Source: Patescibacteria group bacterium
GTDB taxonomy: Bacteria > Patescibacteriota > Minisyncoccia > Phycocordibacterales > WO2-35-19
Reading direction: 5' to 3'
DNA: 64,000 bases
NCBI GenBank assembly: GCA_038064735.1
Contig: JBBTSI010000003.1
Location: 21,154 to 85,153, forward strand
The notes under the pieces were generated by a model that saw only the letters and a list, made by a program, of their open reading frames with translations, had not been told where the DNA came from and made no database searches. This document shows, piece after piece, positions 54,903 to 64,000 of the stretch (position 1 is its first letter; every line of letters starts with the position of its first letter). A program made the position numbers and the translations under genes.

Positions 54903-55922
54903 TTGAGTATGACTTTTTTATCTAAAAAACTCGGCATTGATTTGGGTACAGTCAATACTCTGGTTTTTGTGCCTGGCAAAGGTGTGGTACTCAACGAACC
55001 GTCAGTAGTCGCGATACTTTTGGAAAATAAAAGAATTTTGGCAGTGGGCAATGAGGCCAAAGAAATGATCGGTAGGACTCCGGAAGCGATAATGGCTTAC
55101 AGACCAATGAAAGACGGAGTTATCGCTGATTATAAAGTGACCGAAGCCATGCTCTCTTATTATATGAAAAAAGCTTTGGGGGGATGGAGTTTCGTTAAAC
55201 CTGAGGTTTTGATTTCGGTGCCGGCCGGCATCACCTCTACTGAAAGGCGGGCAGTGATAGAAGCAGCTATTAAATCTGGGGCTAGAAGTGCTTATGTGAT
55301 TAAGGAACCGATCTTGGCCGCTATCGGAGCCGGTGTTCCTATTTATGAAGCTCGAGGTCACATTATTATGGATATCGGTGGGGGTACGACCGATGTAGCT
55401 GTGATTTCTCTTGGGGGCATCGTCGCTTCTACATCTGTCAAATGTGCTGGTAACAAAATCGATGAGAGTATAGCTGATTACATCAAAAAAACTTTCAACT
55501 TGGCTATTGGAGACAAAACTGCCGAAGATATAAAAATAAAAGTAGGTTCAGCATTACCGATAGACGAAGAGCTTTCTGTGATGATAAAAGGCCGTGACCT
55601 GATTTCGGGACTGCCGAGATCGGTAGAAATAAAAACTAACGAAATTGTAAAAGCGATTTCTCGCGAGCTCAGAGAAATAATAAAAGCGGTTAAAGATGTC
55701 TTACAGGAAACCCCACCAGAACTTGCGGCCGATATTATAGATTATGGCATTATTATGACTGGTGGTACTTCATCTTTGCGAAATCTCCAAGAACTTATTT
55801 TCAGAAGGGTCGGAGTGAAAACTACTCTTGCCGAAGATCCGCTTTATTGTGTGGCCAAAGGTACCGGTATCGCACTAGAACATTTGGACGCTTACAAGAG
55901 GATGGTGGTTGGTAAAAAATAG
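54903..55922 (+). CDS. mreB: rod shape-determining protein MreB
   Basis: GIDLGTVNTLVFV, EPSVVA, actin-fold ATPase motifs. Confidence 0.85.
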   Translation: MSMTFLSKKLGIDLGTVNTLVFVPGKGVVLNEPSVVAILLENKRILAVGNEAKEMIGRTPEAIMAYRPMKDGVIADYKVTEAMLSYYMKKALGGWSFVKPEVLISVPAGITSTERRAVIEAAIKSGARSAYVIKEPILAAIGAGVPIYEARGHIIMDIGGGTTDVAVISLGGIVASTSVKCAGNKIDESIADYIKKTFNLAIGDKTAEDIKIKVGSALPIDEELSVMIKGRDLISGLPRSVEIKTNEIVKAISRELREIIKAVKDVLQETPPELAADIIDYGIIMTGGTSSLRNLQELIFRRVGVKTTLAEDPLYCVAKGTGIALEHLDAYKRMVVGKK

Positions 55923-55963
55923 TTCGACAAGCTCACTATAAATAATTAGAGACAAAAATAAAA

Positions 55964-56647
55964 ATGGACCAAAATAAAGAATTGCATCATGCGAGCGTTG
56001 TTATAGGAGATGATTGCCGTAGTTTTGTTTTGGAAATTTTGATCAATAGATTGAATTTTAATACAAAAGCCAATCCAGATTTTTTGCTTATAGAAAATCA
56101 AAGTTTTGGCATTGATGAAGTACGTAATCTCGAAAGATGGGCCATAGGTAAACCACTTGTCGGTGATGTCAAAGCTTCTTTAATAATAGTTAATTCCATC
56201 ACTTTTGAAGCTCAAAACGCTTTACTCAAAATTTTAGAAGAACCACCTTTGGGAACATATTTTTTTATAAATCTTCAAAGTCTGGGTGGATTACTTCCAA
56301 CTTTTCTTTCGAGAGTTAGAATTTTGTTTTTGAGGTCAGACCTTGAAAAAAAGTCCCAAAGGTCTGACCTCGGGGACGGCAATGCAAAAAAATTTTTACT
56401 TTCCCAAATTAAAGAAAAATTTTCTATGATACGTTCTCTTTCAAAAAAAGAAGACCCTACTTCGCTAAAGCTTCGAGGGGCAAGTAAAAATGAAATGAAA
56501 GAATTAATTAAAAATTTAGAGGAGATTGCTTACAAAAATAATTTTAAAGCTCAAGACTTAAAAAACATATTAATTGCTAAAACCTTCGCTTCTGTTAGGG
56601 GTTCTTCTCCCAAAATGCTTCTGGAGTGGCTTTCATGTGTGTTATAA
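55964..56647 (+). CDS. holB: DNA polymerase III delta-prime-like subunit (degenerate AAA+)
   Basis: AQNALLKILEEPP signature box; no intact Walker A. Confidence 0.6.
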   Translation: MDQNKELHHASVVIGDDCRSFVLEILINRLNFNTKANPDFLLIENQSFGIDEVRNLERWAIGKPLVGDVKASLIIVNSITFEAQNALLKILEEPPLGTYFFINLQSLGGLLPTFLSRVRILFLRSDLEKKSQRSDLGDGNAKKFLLSQIKEKFSMIRSLSKKEDPTSLKLRGASKNEMKELIKNLEEIAYKNNFKAQDLKNILIAKTFASVRGSSPKMLLEWLSCVL

Positions 56648-56665
56648 TTTTATCCACATAAATCT

Positions 56666-58489
56666 ATGGAAAAACACCCCCTTCACCTCAAAATCCCAGA
56701 ACTGCAAAAGTCAGAAGAAGTAGAATTAGCTGTAGAAAAACAGGAACGTCTAACTGAGGAAAAAATACCCAACAATCCCAACGAAAGAATAGAAGCATAC
56801 ATGGATCGTTTGGAAAACATCTTCCTCAACCCCAACGAACGGGTAAGAGAAAGGAACCTGGAGATGGTCAAAAACAAGATATACGATAACCTCCTCATCA
56901 AGAAAGAAAACTTCCCTGAGTCATACTTCGAACTCCAAAAAAGAGTAGCTAGAGAACAAGGTCACGGTGATATAGAAATCACTCCGGAAATGCGTGACCA
57001 AATGATGAATGTAGCTATCGAAGACCAAAAACATTCTCTAGACCAATGGACAGACTACCTCACATCAGAAGATGCTGTCTATCCGGCTTGGTTTAAATAC
57101 TACGCTTGGAGCCAAGTCATTAAGTTATCTCAATTTGATAAAGAAAGAGGTGAATTCAAAAAACGCACTGACTCTACCGTCGCTCCATACCCCGATATAT
57201 ACCGCGAACCCCTAGCTGAACTCTGCGACCTTTACGAAAAAGTTAAGGAAGATAACAAGGCTCTCAAAGATGATGAAGTCAAAAGACTCTTTTCTGAAAG
57301 ATTTCCTTCTGCTTACGCCGAACTCATTCAAAAATCCCTCGCTTCTCAAATTGAAAATCAAGAAGAAATCAAAGGAGAATGGATAAAGTATGAACAAGGT
57401 GATATGAGACAAGCCGAGAAACTCTACGAATCTCTGGAAGGCAAAGGCACTGGTTGGTGTACTGCAGGCAAGTCAACCGCTAAAACTCAAGTTGAACAAG
57501 GAGATTTTTATGTATATTACACTAACGATTCAGAAGATAAACCCACTCAACCCAGATTAGCTATCCGTATGAACGGTCAAAACAAAATTGGTGAAATTCG
57601 AGGTATTTTACCTCATCAAAACGTTGAATCTATGATGCAAGATGTATTAGACAGAAAACTCAACACCTTTGGTGACGCTGGTGATATCTACAGAGAAAAA
57701 AGCTATGATATGCAACGTCTCACTAAGATTGAGGAAAAGACCAAATCAAACCAAGAACTTTCAAAAGAAGACCTCATCTTTCTCTACGAAATCAACAGAA
57801 AGATTGAAGGGTTTGGGTATGACAAAGATCCGAGAATTGAGGAGATTAGAGGAGAGAGGAATATAAAAGAAGACGCGCCAATCATACTTGAATGCAAACC
57901 TGAAGAAATCGCTACCAATGAAAGTGAAATAACAGAAAACACCAAAGCCTACATTGGCAAACTTTTTCCCAACATATTTAAAACCAACATTAACCCAGAT
58001 AATATTTATACTTCTTTTCCTGAAGGCAAAATTCAAAAATATGAGACTCAGATTGGAGGAAAAACTAAAGATGAATTAATGCTAGAAATGCAAGAAAAAA
58101 ATATCAATATTTCAGATTATGCTAAGGATATGTTAAACAGCCAAGATTTTACTACTCAAACAAATCAAGAAAACCTCAATCTCGTCAGACTAACTGTCAA
58201 AGACTTGGGATTCCCAAATGGCACTACTACAGATGAAATTTACAAGAAAGCCGAAGAATTCGGTTTAGAACTCTGTCCCGCTGAAGTCGGCCCATCCCTC
58301 AGACTCTCATATTTAGGGAAAGATTATATGGTTATCGCTATGAAGCAAATCACAGACCGCGACGGCCGCCTGAGAGTGTTTGACCTCTACTGGTATGGCG
58401 GCAAGCTCGTACTGAGCACGTTTTACGCTAAGCCTTCGAATAGGTGGGATGACTACCACAAGTTCATTTTTCGTTCCCGCAAGTCTTAG
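56666..58489 (+). CDS. DGR target (variable) protein, 607 aa, C-terminal C-type-lectin/FGE-like variable region
   Basis: C-terminal 44 codons form the variable repeat (VR), homologous to the downstream template repeat with adenine-specific differences; the rest has no recognisable domain. Confidence 0.75.
   Translation: MEKHPLHLKIPELQKSEEVELAVEKQERLTEEKIPNNPNERIEAYMDRLENIFLNPNERVRERNLEMVKNKIYDNLLIKKENFPESYFELQKRVAREQGHGDIEITPEMRDQMMNVAIEDQKHSLDQWTDYLTSEDAVYPAWFKYYAWSQVIKLSQFDKERGEFKKRTDSTVAPYPDIYREPLAELCDLYEKVKEDNKALKDDEVKRLFSERFPSAYAELIQKSLASQIENQEEIKGEWIKYEQGDMRQAEKLYESLEGKGTGWCTAGKSTAKTQVEQGDFYVYYTNDSEDKPTQPRLAIRMNGQNKIGEIRGILPHQNVESMMQDVLDRKLNTFGDAGDIYREKSYDMQRLTKIEEKTKSNQELSKEDLIFLYEINRKIEGFGYDKDPRIEEIRGERNIKEDAPIILECKPEEIATNESEITENTKAYIGKLFPNIFKTNINPDNIYTSFPEGKIQKYETQIGGKTKDELMLEMQEKNINISDYAKDMLNSQDFTTQTNQENLNLVRLTVKDLGFPNGTTTDEIYKKAEEFGLELCPAEVGPSLRLSYLGKDYMVIAMKQITDRDGRLRVFDLYWYGGKLVLSTFYAKPSNRWDDYHKFIFRSRKS
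58353..58485 (+). repeat. DGR variable repeat (VR)
   Basis: 133-nt alignment to the TR; 18 mismatches, 17 at positions where the TR has A. Confidence 0.8.
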
Positions 58490-58827
58490 AGATTTGGATA
58501 CTTAGTTTCTTAATTCCAATTTTCCTTATTTAGATTTTTTGAAATTTTGATACTTTGGTTTTTATTTTTTTAAAATTCTGTATACTAAATTCAGATTGGT
58601 TATTTTGGACGGTCACGGCTTTCCAAAACCTTTCCGATACAAATAAATTGAGATTATAAACGGCCACGGCTTTTTATAGAGTAATTTATTTTGTATTCTA
58701 AAAAGAAATATACTTGGTATATGGTGCTGTGTGATTTGAGATCATGCATAAAATTAAACTCAAGTTTTTGTTTTTCATTAAATAATCACAAGAGAAGAAC
58801 GGTGTAATAGATGGCGCTGTATACAAA

Positions 58828-58960
58828 CAGACCGCGACGGCAACCTGAAAGTGTTTAACCTCAACTGGAATGGCGACAAGCTCAAACTGAACACGAACAA
58901 CGCTAAGCCTTCGAATAGGTGGAATGACAACAACAAGTTCATTTTTCGTTCCCGAAAGTC
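58828..58960 (+). repeat. DGR template repeat (TR)
   Basis: Rich in AAC/AAT codons in the VR reading frame (N L K V F N L N W N G D K L K L N T N N ...); non-coding copy 340 nt downstream of the VR. Confidence 0.8.
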
Positions 58961-58981
58961 ACTTCTTTTCCTTGCTGGATT

Positions 58982-59383
58982 TTATCTCGCAAGGTTTTTC
59001 TTTTCCGGATTTTCTAAATTTTTCCTCCAACCACCAAACATTTTACCGATTTCTTTCAATTTTTCTCCAATTTCTGCGTATTGTTTATGAGAAATTAGTT
59101 TACCTTCCCAAGTTATATGAATCAAAAATTTGATGGCGTCCAAATCTAAAATACACTGGTTTATCCTTTCTATTTTCTTATCTTTTTCGATAAAATAGGC
59201 TATATATGAAAGTTCCAGCAAATCCAAAAATTTATTCTCAATGCGAGCACCAATGCTGTGGCGTTGGCCTTTAGGCACATGATCAAGAATACTTACCCAA
59301 AGCAAATATGCCTCTTTGATGCGTTGAAGTATCGAGGCGTTAACGAGAGAGAGAGAGAGAGAGAGAGTAGAAAATTGCGCCAT
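58982..59383 (-). CDS. avd: Avd-like accessory protein (four-helix-bundle, 23S rRNA IVS-protein family)
   Basis: 133 aa; pattern ...HVPKGQRHSIGARIENKFLDLLELSYIAYF...YAEIGEKLKEIGKMFGGWRK typical of the TIGR02436/Avd family; N-terminus LSLSLSLS encoded by a (GA)n repeat. Confidence 0.6.
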   Translation of the reverse strand: MAQFSTLSLSLSLVNASILQRIKEAYLLWVSILDHVPKGQRHSIGARIENKFLDLLELSYIAYFIEKDKKIERINQCILDLDAIKFLIHITWEGKLISHKQYAEIGEKLKEIGKMFGGWRKNLENPEKKNLAR

Positions 59384-60367
59384 AAATATAACGATACCAT
59401 ATCAGTAGAAAATTTGCTCCACTCTTGGCAGGAATTTTTGTGTGGCAAGAAAAAACGCAAAGATGTAGCCGAATTTTTATTAAATTTTTCTGATAATATT
59501 TTTGATTTGCGTCAAGAACTCAAAAACAAAACTTACAAACACGGTGGATATCATGCTTTCAAAATAAATGACCCAAAACCAAGGAGTATTCATAAAGCTA
59601 GTGTCAGAGACAGACTTTTACACCATGTAATTTATAATGCTCTGTATCCGTATTTTGACCGGAAATTTATTTTTGATTCGTATTCTTGTAGGTTTGGGAA
59701 GGGGACACATAAGGCTATAAATCGTTTCAGAGAATTTGGCCGCAAAGTCTCAACAAATCATACTAAAACCTGTTGGGTATTGAAGTGTGATATCAGGAAG
59801 TTTTTTGCTAGTATTAATCATAATCTTTTGAAAGATATTCTTGATAAAAATATCAAAGACCCAGACATTTTTTGGCTACTTAATCAGGTTATAGATAGCT
59901 TTAATACAGAAAACAAAGTTGATGTCGGTTTGCCTCTCGGTAACCTTACAAGTCAGATTTTTGTAAACATTTATATGGACAAATTTGATCAGTTTATGAA
60001 AAGAGAAATCAAAGCCAAATATTATATAAGATACGCAGATGATTTTGTGATTTTAAGCGAAAACAAAAATTATCTTTTAAAACTTATACCTAAAATCGCT
60101 AGTTTTTTAGAAGAAAAATTAAAATTAGAATTGCACCCAAACAAACTTTTTGTTAAAACCTTATCTTCAGGGATTGATTTTCTGGGCTGGGTGCATTTTC
60201 CTAAGTATAGAGTTTTGAGAACTAGCACCAAAAATAGAATGTTTAGAAGACTAGCAGGGGAATTTAAAAAAGAAACAGGGGCTTCGTATTCAGGACTATT
60301 GAGTCATGGGAACGGGTTTAAGTTGGGGGAGAGAATTAAGTTGTTGCAAAAGCAAAATTTGGTATAA
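59258..60367 (+). CDS. DGR reverse transcriptase
   Basis: RT motifs: SYSCRFGKGTHKA, LKCDIRKFFASINH, GLPLGNLTSQIFVNIYM (DGR-specific SQ motif 4), YIRYADDFVIL (motif 5). True start uncertain; the listed ORF start overlaps avd in antisense. Confidence 0.8.
   Translation: MALAFRHMIKNTYPKQICLFDALKYRGVNERERERESRKLRHKYNDTISVENLLHSWQEFLCGKKKRKDVAEFLLNFSDNIFDLRQELKNKTYKHGGYHAFKINDPKPRSIHKASVRDRLLHHVIYNALYPYFDRKFIFDSYSCRFGKGTHKAINRFREFGRKVSTNHTKTCWVLKCDIRKFFASINHNLLKDILDKNIKDPDIFWLLNQVIDSFNTENKVDVGLPLGNLTSQIFVNIYMDKFDQFMKREIKAKYYIRYADDFVILSENKNYLLKLIPKIASFLEEKLKLELHPNKLFVKTLSSGIDFLGWVHFPKYRVLRTSTKNRMFRRLAGEFKKETGASYSGLLSHGNGFKLGERIKLLQKQNLV
59345..59365. repeat. (GA)10 dinucleotide microsatellite
   Basis: gagagagagagagagagagag inside the avd 5' coding region and the RT upstream frame. 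Confidence 0.9.
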
Positions 60368-60376
60368 TGGGGACTT

Positions 60377-60679
60377 ATGGCAAATCTAGATGTAGAAAAA
60401 ATAATAAAAAGGGTCCAAAACGAGTCTGATAAAAAGATGAAAGAGTATATGGAACGATACGTTGGATCCCTACAGGAACATACTAATGACAGATTTAAAA
60501 TTATTAAAGAGGGGATGGATGGTATAAATCAAAGATTAGATTCTCATACAGAAATGATAAGTTCTCTTGCGGAAGATATAACAGAAATAAAAAATGGTAT
60601 GAGGCAAAAAGTTGAACGCTATGAATTTGAAGCGCTTACAAAAAGAGTTTCTGTTGTTGAAAGAAAAATCACACACTAA
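60377..60679 (+). CDS. hypothetical coiled-coil protein downstream of the DGR RT
   Basis: 100 aa, charged, helical heptad pattern; no domain. Confidence 0.4.
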   Translation: MANLDVEKIIKRVQNESDKKMKEYMERYVGSLQEHTNDRFKIIKEGMDGINQRLDSHTEMISSLAEDITEIKNGMRQKVERYEFEALTKRVSVVERKITH

Positions 60680-60696
60680 ATTTAAAAAATATATTT

Positions 60697-61245
60697 ATGT
60701 TTGATTTTTCAGAATTAAAAACAAAAAGCAAAGAAGTGGAAAATTGGCTGTCCAAAGAGCTTTCAGTTATCCGTACTGGCAGAGCCAATTCTTCTATTCT
60801 TGATTTCGTCCAAGTTGAAGCTTACGGTTCAAAAATGTCCATCAAAGAATTGGCCAATATTACTGTAGAAGATGCCAAGACAGTGAGGATAGAGCCTTGG
60901 GATATGACAGTCGGCAAAAGTATTGAAAAGGCGATCAGCACTTCAAATCTTGGACTTTCAGTTGCAGCTTTTGATAAAGGTTTGCGTATTATTTTTCCAG
61001 AACTTACAGCTGAAAGAAGAGAGCAGTTCGTCAAAGTAGCCAAAGGACAACTTGAAGAAGCTAAAATGTCTTTGCGAAGTTTGCGTGATAAAACCGGTAA
61101 AGCTATTGAAGAAAAAGAAAAAGCTGGTGGTATGGGTGAAGATGACAAATTCAGATTAAAAGAAGAGATGCAAAAGATTATAGATGCAAGTGTTAGTATG
61201 TTAGAACAAATGGCTGAGAAAAAAGAGAAAGAAATAAAGAGTTAA
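60697..61245 (+). CDS. frr: ribosome recycling factor
   Basis: LSVIRTGRANSSILD...FPELTAERREQFVKVAK... RRF signature. Confidence 0.85.
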   Translation: MFDFSELKTKSKEVENWLSKELSVIRTGRANSSILDFVQVEAYGSKMSIKELANITVEDAKTVRIEPWDMTVGKSIEKAISTSNLGLSVAAFDKGLRIIFPELTAERREQFVKVAKGQLEEAKMSLRSLRDKTGKAIEEKEKAGGMGEDDKFRLKEEMQKIIDASVSMLEQMAEKKEKEIKS

Positions 61246-61250
61246 AATAA

Positions 61251-62444
61251 ATGACAATTATAATCTTTCTAATTATCTTGGGAGTACTCGTGTTTGTTCA
61301 TGAGCTTGGGCATTTTTTGTTTGCTAAAGGTGCTGGAGTCAGAGTGGATGAATTTGGTTTTGGTTATCCACCGAGAGCTTTGAAATTGGGCAAAAAGTGG
61401 GGAACTTTATTTTCTTTAAATTGGATTCCTTTTGGTGGTTTCGTTAAAATTTTCGGTGAAAATTATGATGAGGAGGAAGATGAAAGTTTTCCTTCACCCC
61501 AAGATCAGAAATCCACGGATATTTTTCTGCTGAAAAATTCCTCGTGCTCGGCTCAGTCAGCCTCGCAAGGGATTTCTGATTCTCGGGGTTCGAAAAACCT
61601 ACCATTTACAAAAGTTTCTAAAAAATGGCAGGCATCTATACTTTTTGCCGGCATCTTTTTTAATATTCTTTTTGCTTGGTTTTTGTTTAGTGTTGGGTTT
61701 TTGATTGGTGTACCTTCTCCGGTAGATAATGATTTTGGTGCGGAAGTTAAAAATCCAATCTTAACGGTAGTTGGACTGGTCCCAGAATTTCCCGCTCAAA
61801 AAGCAGGATTAAAAACAGGTGATAAAGTTTTGAATATATCTTTAAATAATGGAAAAGTTTTGCAAAACCCAACTTCAGAAAATGTTTCCGATTTTATAAA
61901 TCAATCTTCCGGTCAAATTAATGTGCAAATCGATAGGGGGGCAAAAATTTTGGATTTCAAAATCACACCGGAAACTAATACAACTTCAAACAAAAAAATA
62001 ATAGGCATAGAAATGGACACGATAGGCACATTAAAACTTCCTATACACAAAGCTATTTATGAAGGAGGCAGGACCACGATAAGACTTTCTTATCTGACAG
62101 TTGAGAGTATTGCCGGTTTGATAAAAGGTGTACTCACAGGTAAAGCCAATATTTCTGAAGTGACCGGTCCGGTTGGCATCGTGGGTTTGGTGGGGGATGC
62201 ATCAAGGCTCGGCTTCTCGTATCTCCTTACTTTTACCGCTCTAATTTCCATAAATCTTGCTGTAGTGAACTTGGTGCCATTCCCAGCTCTTGATGGTGGG
62301 CGCATTCTTTTTGTAGCTATTGAAGGCATCACCCGCCGAAAAATAAATCCAAAAGTAGCCAATACTTTGAACACTGTCGGTTTCACTCTTCTCATCATTG
62401 TCATGCTCATCGTCACTTATCGTGATATTCTTAAACTTTTCTAA
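61251..62444 (+). CDS. rseP: RIP metalloprotease RseP (site-2 protease, M50 family), carrying an in-frame palindromic insertion (family 2)
   Basis: HELGHF zinc motif, PDZ domain, C-terminal LDGG; insert ...KSTDIFLLKNSSCSAQSASQGISDS... Confidence 0.8.
   Translation: MTIIIFLIILGVLVFVHELGHFLFAKGAGVRVDEFGFGYPPRALKLGKKWGTLFSLNWIPFGGFVKIFGENYDEEEDESFPSPQDQKSTDIFLLKNSSCSAQSASQGISDSRGSKNLPFTKVSKKWQASILFAGIFFNILFAWFLFSVGFLIGVPSPVDNDFGAEVKNPILTVVGLVPEFPAQKAGLKTGDKVLNISLNNGKVLQNPTSENVSDFINQSSGQINVQIDRGAKILDFKITPETNTTSNKKIIGIEMDTIGTLKLPIHKAIYEGGRTTIRLSYLTVESIAGLIKGVLTGKANISEVTGPVGIVGLVGDASRLGFSYLLTFTALISINLAVVNLVPFPALDGGRILFVAIEGITRRKINPKVANTLNTVGFTLLIIVMLIVTYRDILKLF
61506..61578. repeat. ~70-nt palindromic element (family 2) inserted in-frame in rseP
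   Basis: cagaaatccacgg...caagggatttctg; differs from the fmt copy at 6 positions including a compensatory g/c swap in the terminal stem. Confidence 0.8.
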
Positions 62445-62490
62445 GATATTTTATTTTGCTCAAAAACAGGGTTTGAGGTATTATTAAAAT

Positions 62491-63720
62491 ATGAGACAAT
62501 CACAACTTTTTACAAAGACTAGGCGTGAAGCGCCGTCTGATGAGACCTCTAAAAACGCAGAGCTTCTGATACGCGGTGGTTATATTCATAAAGAAATGGC
62601 GGGAGTTTATTCATACTTGCCACTTGGTTTGAATGTGATAAAAAAAATTGAAAATATAATTAGAGAAGAAATGAACGTTATTGGAGGTATAGAAATGAAA
62701 ACATCAATACTCCAAAATAAAGAAGTGTGGGAAAAGTCAAATAGATGGGATGATAGTGTAGTAGACAATTGGTTTAAAACTAAATTAAAAAATGGTGCAG
62801 ATGTTGGATTATCTTGGACTAATGAAGAAAGCTATACCAATGTGTTGAAACAATATATAAATTCCTATAAAGATTTACCCGTGTATCCATATGATTTTAA
62901 AGAGATTTTCAGAAATGAAGCCAGAAGTAAATCTGGCATTATGAGAGGCAGAGAGTTTTATTGGAAAGCTTTGTATTCGTTTTCTAGAGATGAAGCTGAA
63001 CACAATGTTTTTTATGAAAAGGCAAAAATAGCATATCAAAATATTTTTGAAAGAGTGGGTGTTGGTAGCTCAACCTACATAACTTTTTCGTCCGGGGGCA
63101 CTTTTTCTAAATTTTCTCACGAATTTCAGACTATTACCGAGGCGGGCGAAGATACTATTTATGTTGATGAAAAAAATAAAATAGCTGTGAATAGAGAAGT
63201 TTATACTGATGAAGTTATTGAAAGTTTGAATTTGAAAAAAGATGAGCTTGTGGAGAAAAAAGCTATTGAAGTTGGAAACATATTTACCCTTGGAACTAAA
63301 TTTTCAGAACCTTTTGATCTGAAATACAAAAATGAAAAAGGAGAATTTGAAATGGTCTTCATGGGTTGTTACGGTATTGGTTTGGGAAGACTTATGGGAA
63401 CTGTGGTGGAATTTCTTTCCGATGACAAAGGCATCATTTGGCCAGAGAGTGTTGCGCCGTTTAAATACAGTTTGATTGAAATTCCTTCAGAAAAACCAGA
63501 AGTGAAAGAAATGGCGGAAAAAATTTATAAAAAATTTGGTGAAAATAATGTTTTATATGATGACAGGAATGCTAGGGCTGGAGAGAAGTTTGCAGATGCA
63601 GATTTGCTTGGTATGCCTTATCAAATTATTGTTAGTGAAAAAAATGTAGCAATCGGAAAATTGGAATTAAAAAATAGAAAAACCGGAGAGGTAAAAATGG
63701 TCACAGAAGACGAACTCTAA
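62491..63720 (+). CDS. proS: proline--tRNA ligase (bacterial type lacking the INS editing domain)
   Basis: N-terminus MRQSQLFTKTRREAPSDE almost identical to E. coli ProRS; class II motif 2 MRGREFYWKALYSF, motif 3 GCYGIGLGRL. Confidence 0.85.
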   Translation: MRQSQLFTKTRREAPSDETSKNAELLIRGGYIHKEMAGVYSYLPLGLNVIKKIENIIREEMNVIGGIEMKTSILQNKEVWEKSNRWDDSVVDNWFKTKLKNGADVGLSWTNEESYTNVLKQYINSYKDLPVYPYDFKEIFRNEARSKSGIMRGREFYWKALYSFSRDEAEHNVFYEKAKIAYQNIFERVGVGSSTYITFSSGGTFSKFSHEFQTITEAGEDTIYVDEKNKIAVNREVYTDEVIESLNLKKDELVEKKAIEVGNIFTLGTKFSEPFDLKYKNEKGEFEMVFMGCYGIGLGRLMGTVVEFLSDDKGIIWPESVAPFKYSLIEIPSEKPEVKEMAEKIYKKFGENNVLYDDRNARAGEKFADADLLGMPYQIIVSEKNVAIGKLELKNRKTGEVKMVTEDEL

Positions 63721-63732
63721 AATTTGTGCTAA

Positions 63733-64000
<268 letters not shown>

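Larger units (their letters stand above)
56666..60367 (+). mobile_element. diversity-generating retroelement (DGR) cassette: target with VR, TR, avd (opposite strand), RT
   Basis: VR/TR pair with 17 of 18 mismatches at TR adenines; Avd-like four-helix-bundle ORF; RT with DGR-type motif 4 GLPLGNLTSQ and YADD. Confidence 0.8.

Noticed and set aside
58851-59133. Plus-strand ORFs 58851..59090 and 58924..59133
   Set aside because: They cover the DGR template repeat and the antisense of avd; the TR is expected to be non-coding

Overview
This is a low-GC, gene-dense window that looks like a CPR/Patescibacteria-type genome (inference from the gene content). Indicators are truncated core proteins (short IF2, MurC, Rel and an INS-less ProRS), a tandem array of five small T4SS-pilin-like membrane proteins, and a fermentative module. 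That module consists of a two-subunit [NiFe] hydrogenase with its maturation protease, a 2-oxoacid:ferredoxin oxidoreductase, ADP-forming acetyl-CoA synthetase, ferredoxin, an FAD oxidoreductase and an IscS-IscU-Nfu Fe-S assembly cluster. Housekeeping genes present are rbfA, infB, clpB, murC, an HTH-murA fusion, murD, rpmG, miaA, a relA/spoT homologue, topA, dprA, serS, an ftsQ-like gene, dus, def, fmt, priA, mreB, holB, frr, rseP and proS. RNA genes are RNase P RNA (rnpB) and seven tRNAs. One of these, tRNA-Asn(GUU), is split by a 235-nt group I intron with near-identity to Azoarcus IC3 core elements.

The main discoveries are four. (1) A complete diversity-generating retroelement (DGR). It has a 607-aa target gene with a C-terminal variable repeat, a template repeat 340 nt downstream showing 17 of 18 mismatches at template adenines, an Avd-like gene on the opposite strand, and a DGR-type reverse transcriptase with the SQ motif. 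A (GA)10 microsatellite lies in the avd/RT overlap. (2) At least two families of about 70-nt perfectly palindromic elements inserted in-frame inside unrelated protein-coding genes (two cysteine desulfurases; fmt and rseP). The two copies of each family differ only by compensatory stem changes, in the manner of Rickettsia palindromic elements. A third short shared in-frame segment is also present. (3) A REPtron-like Y1 HUH transposase flanked by 23-nt perfect palindromes beside the hydrogenase operon, plus a second intergenic inverted-repeat family (CCCGTTAGAA…TTCTAACGGG) abutting start codons. (4) Three endonuclease genes (two LAGLIDADG, one HNH), each parked immediately 5' of and co-oriented with a tRNA gene.

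Coordinates were hand-derived and may be off by 1-2 nt.
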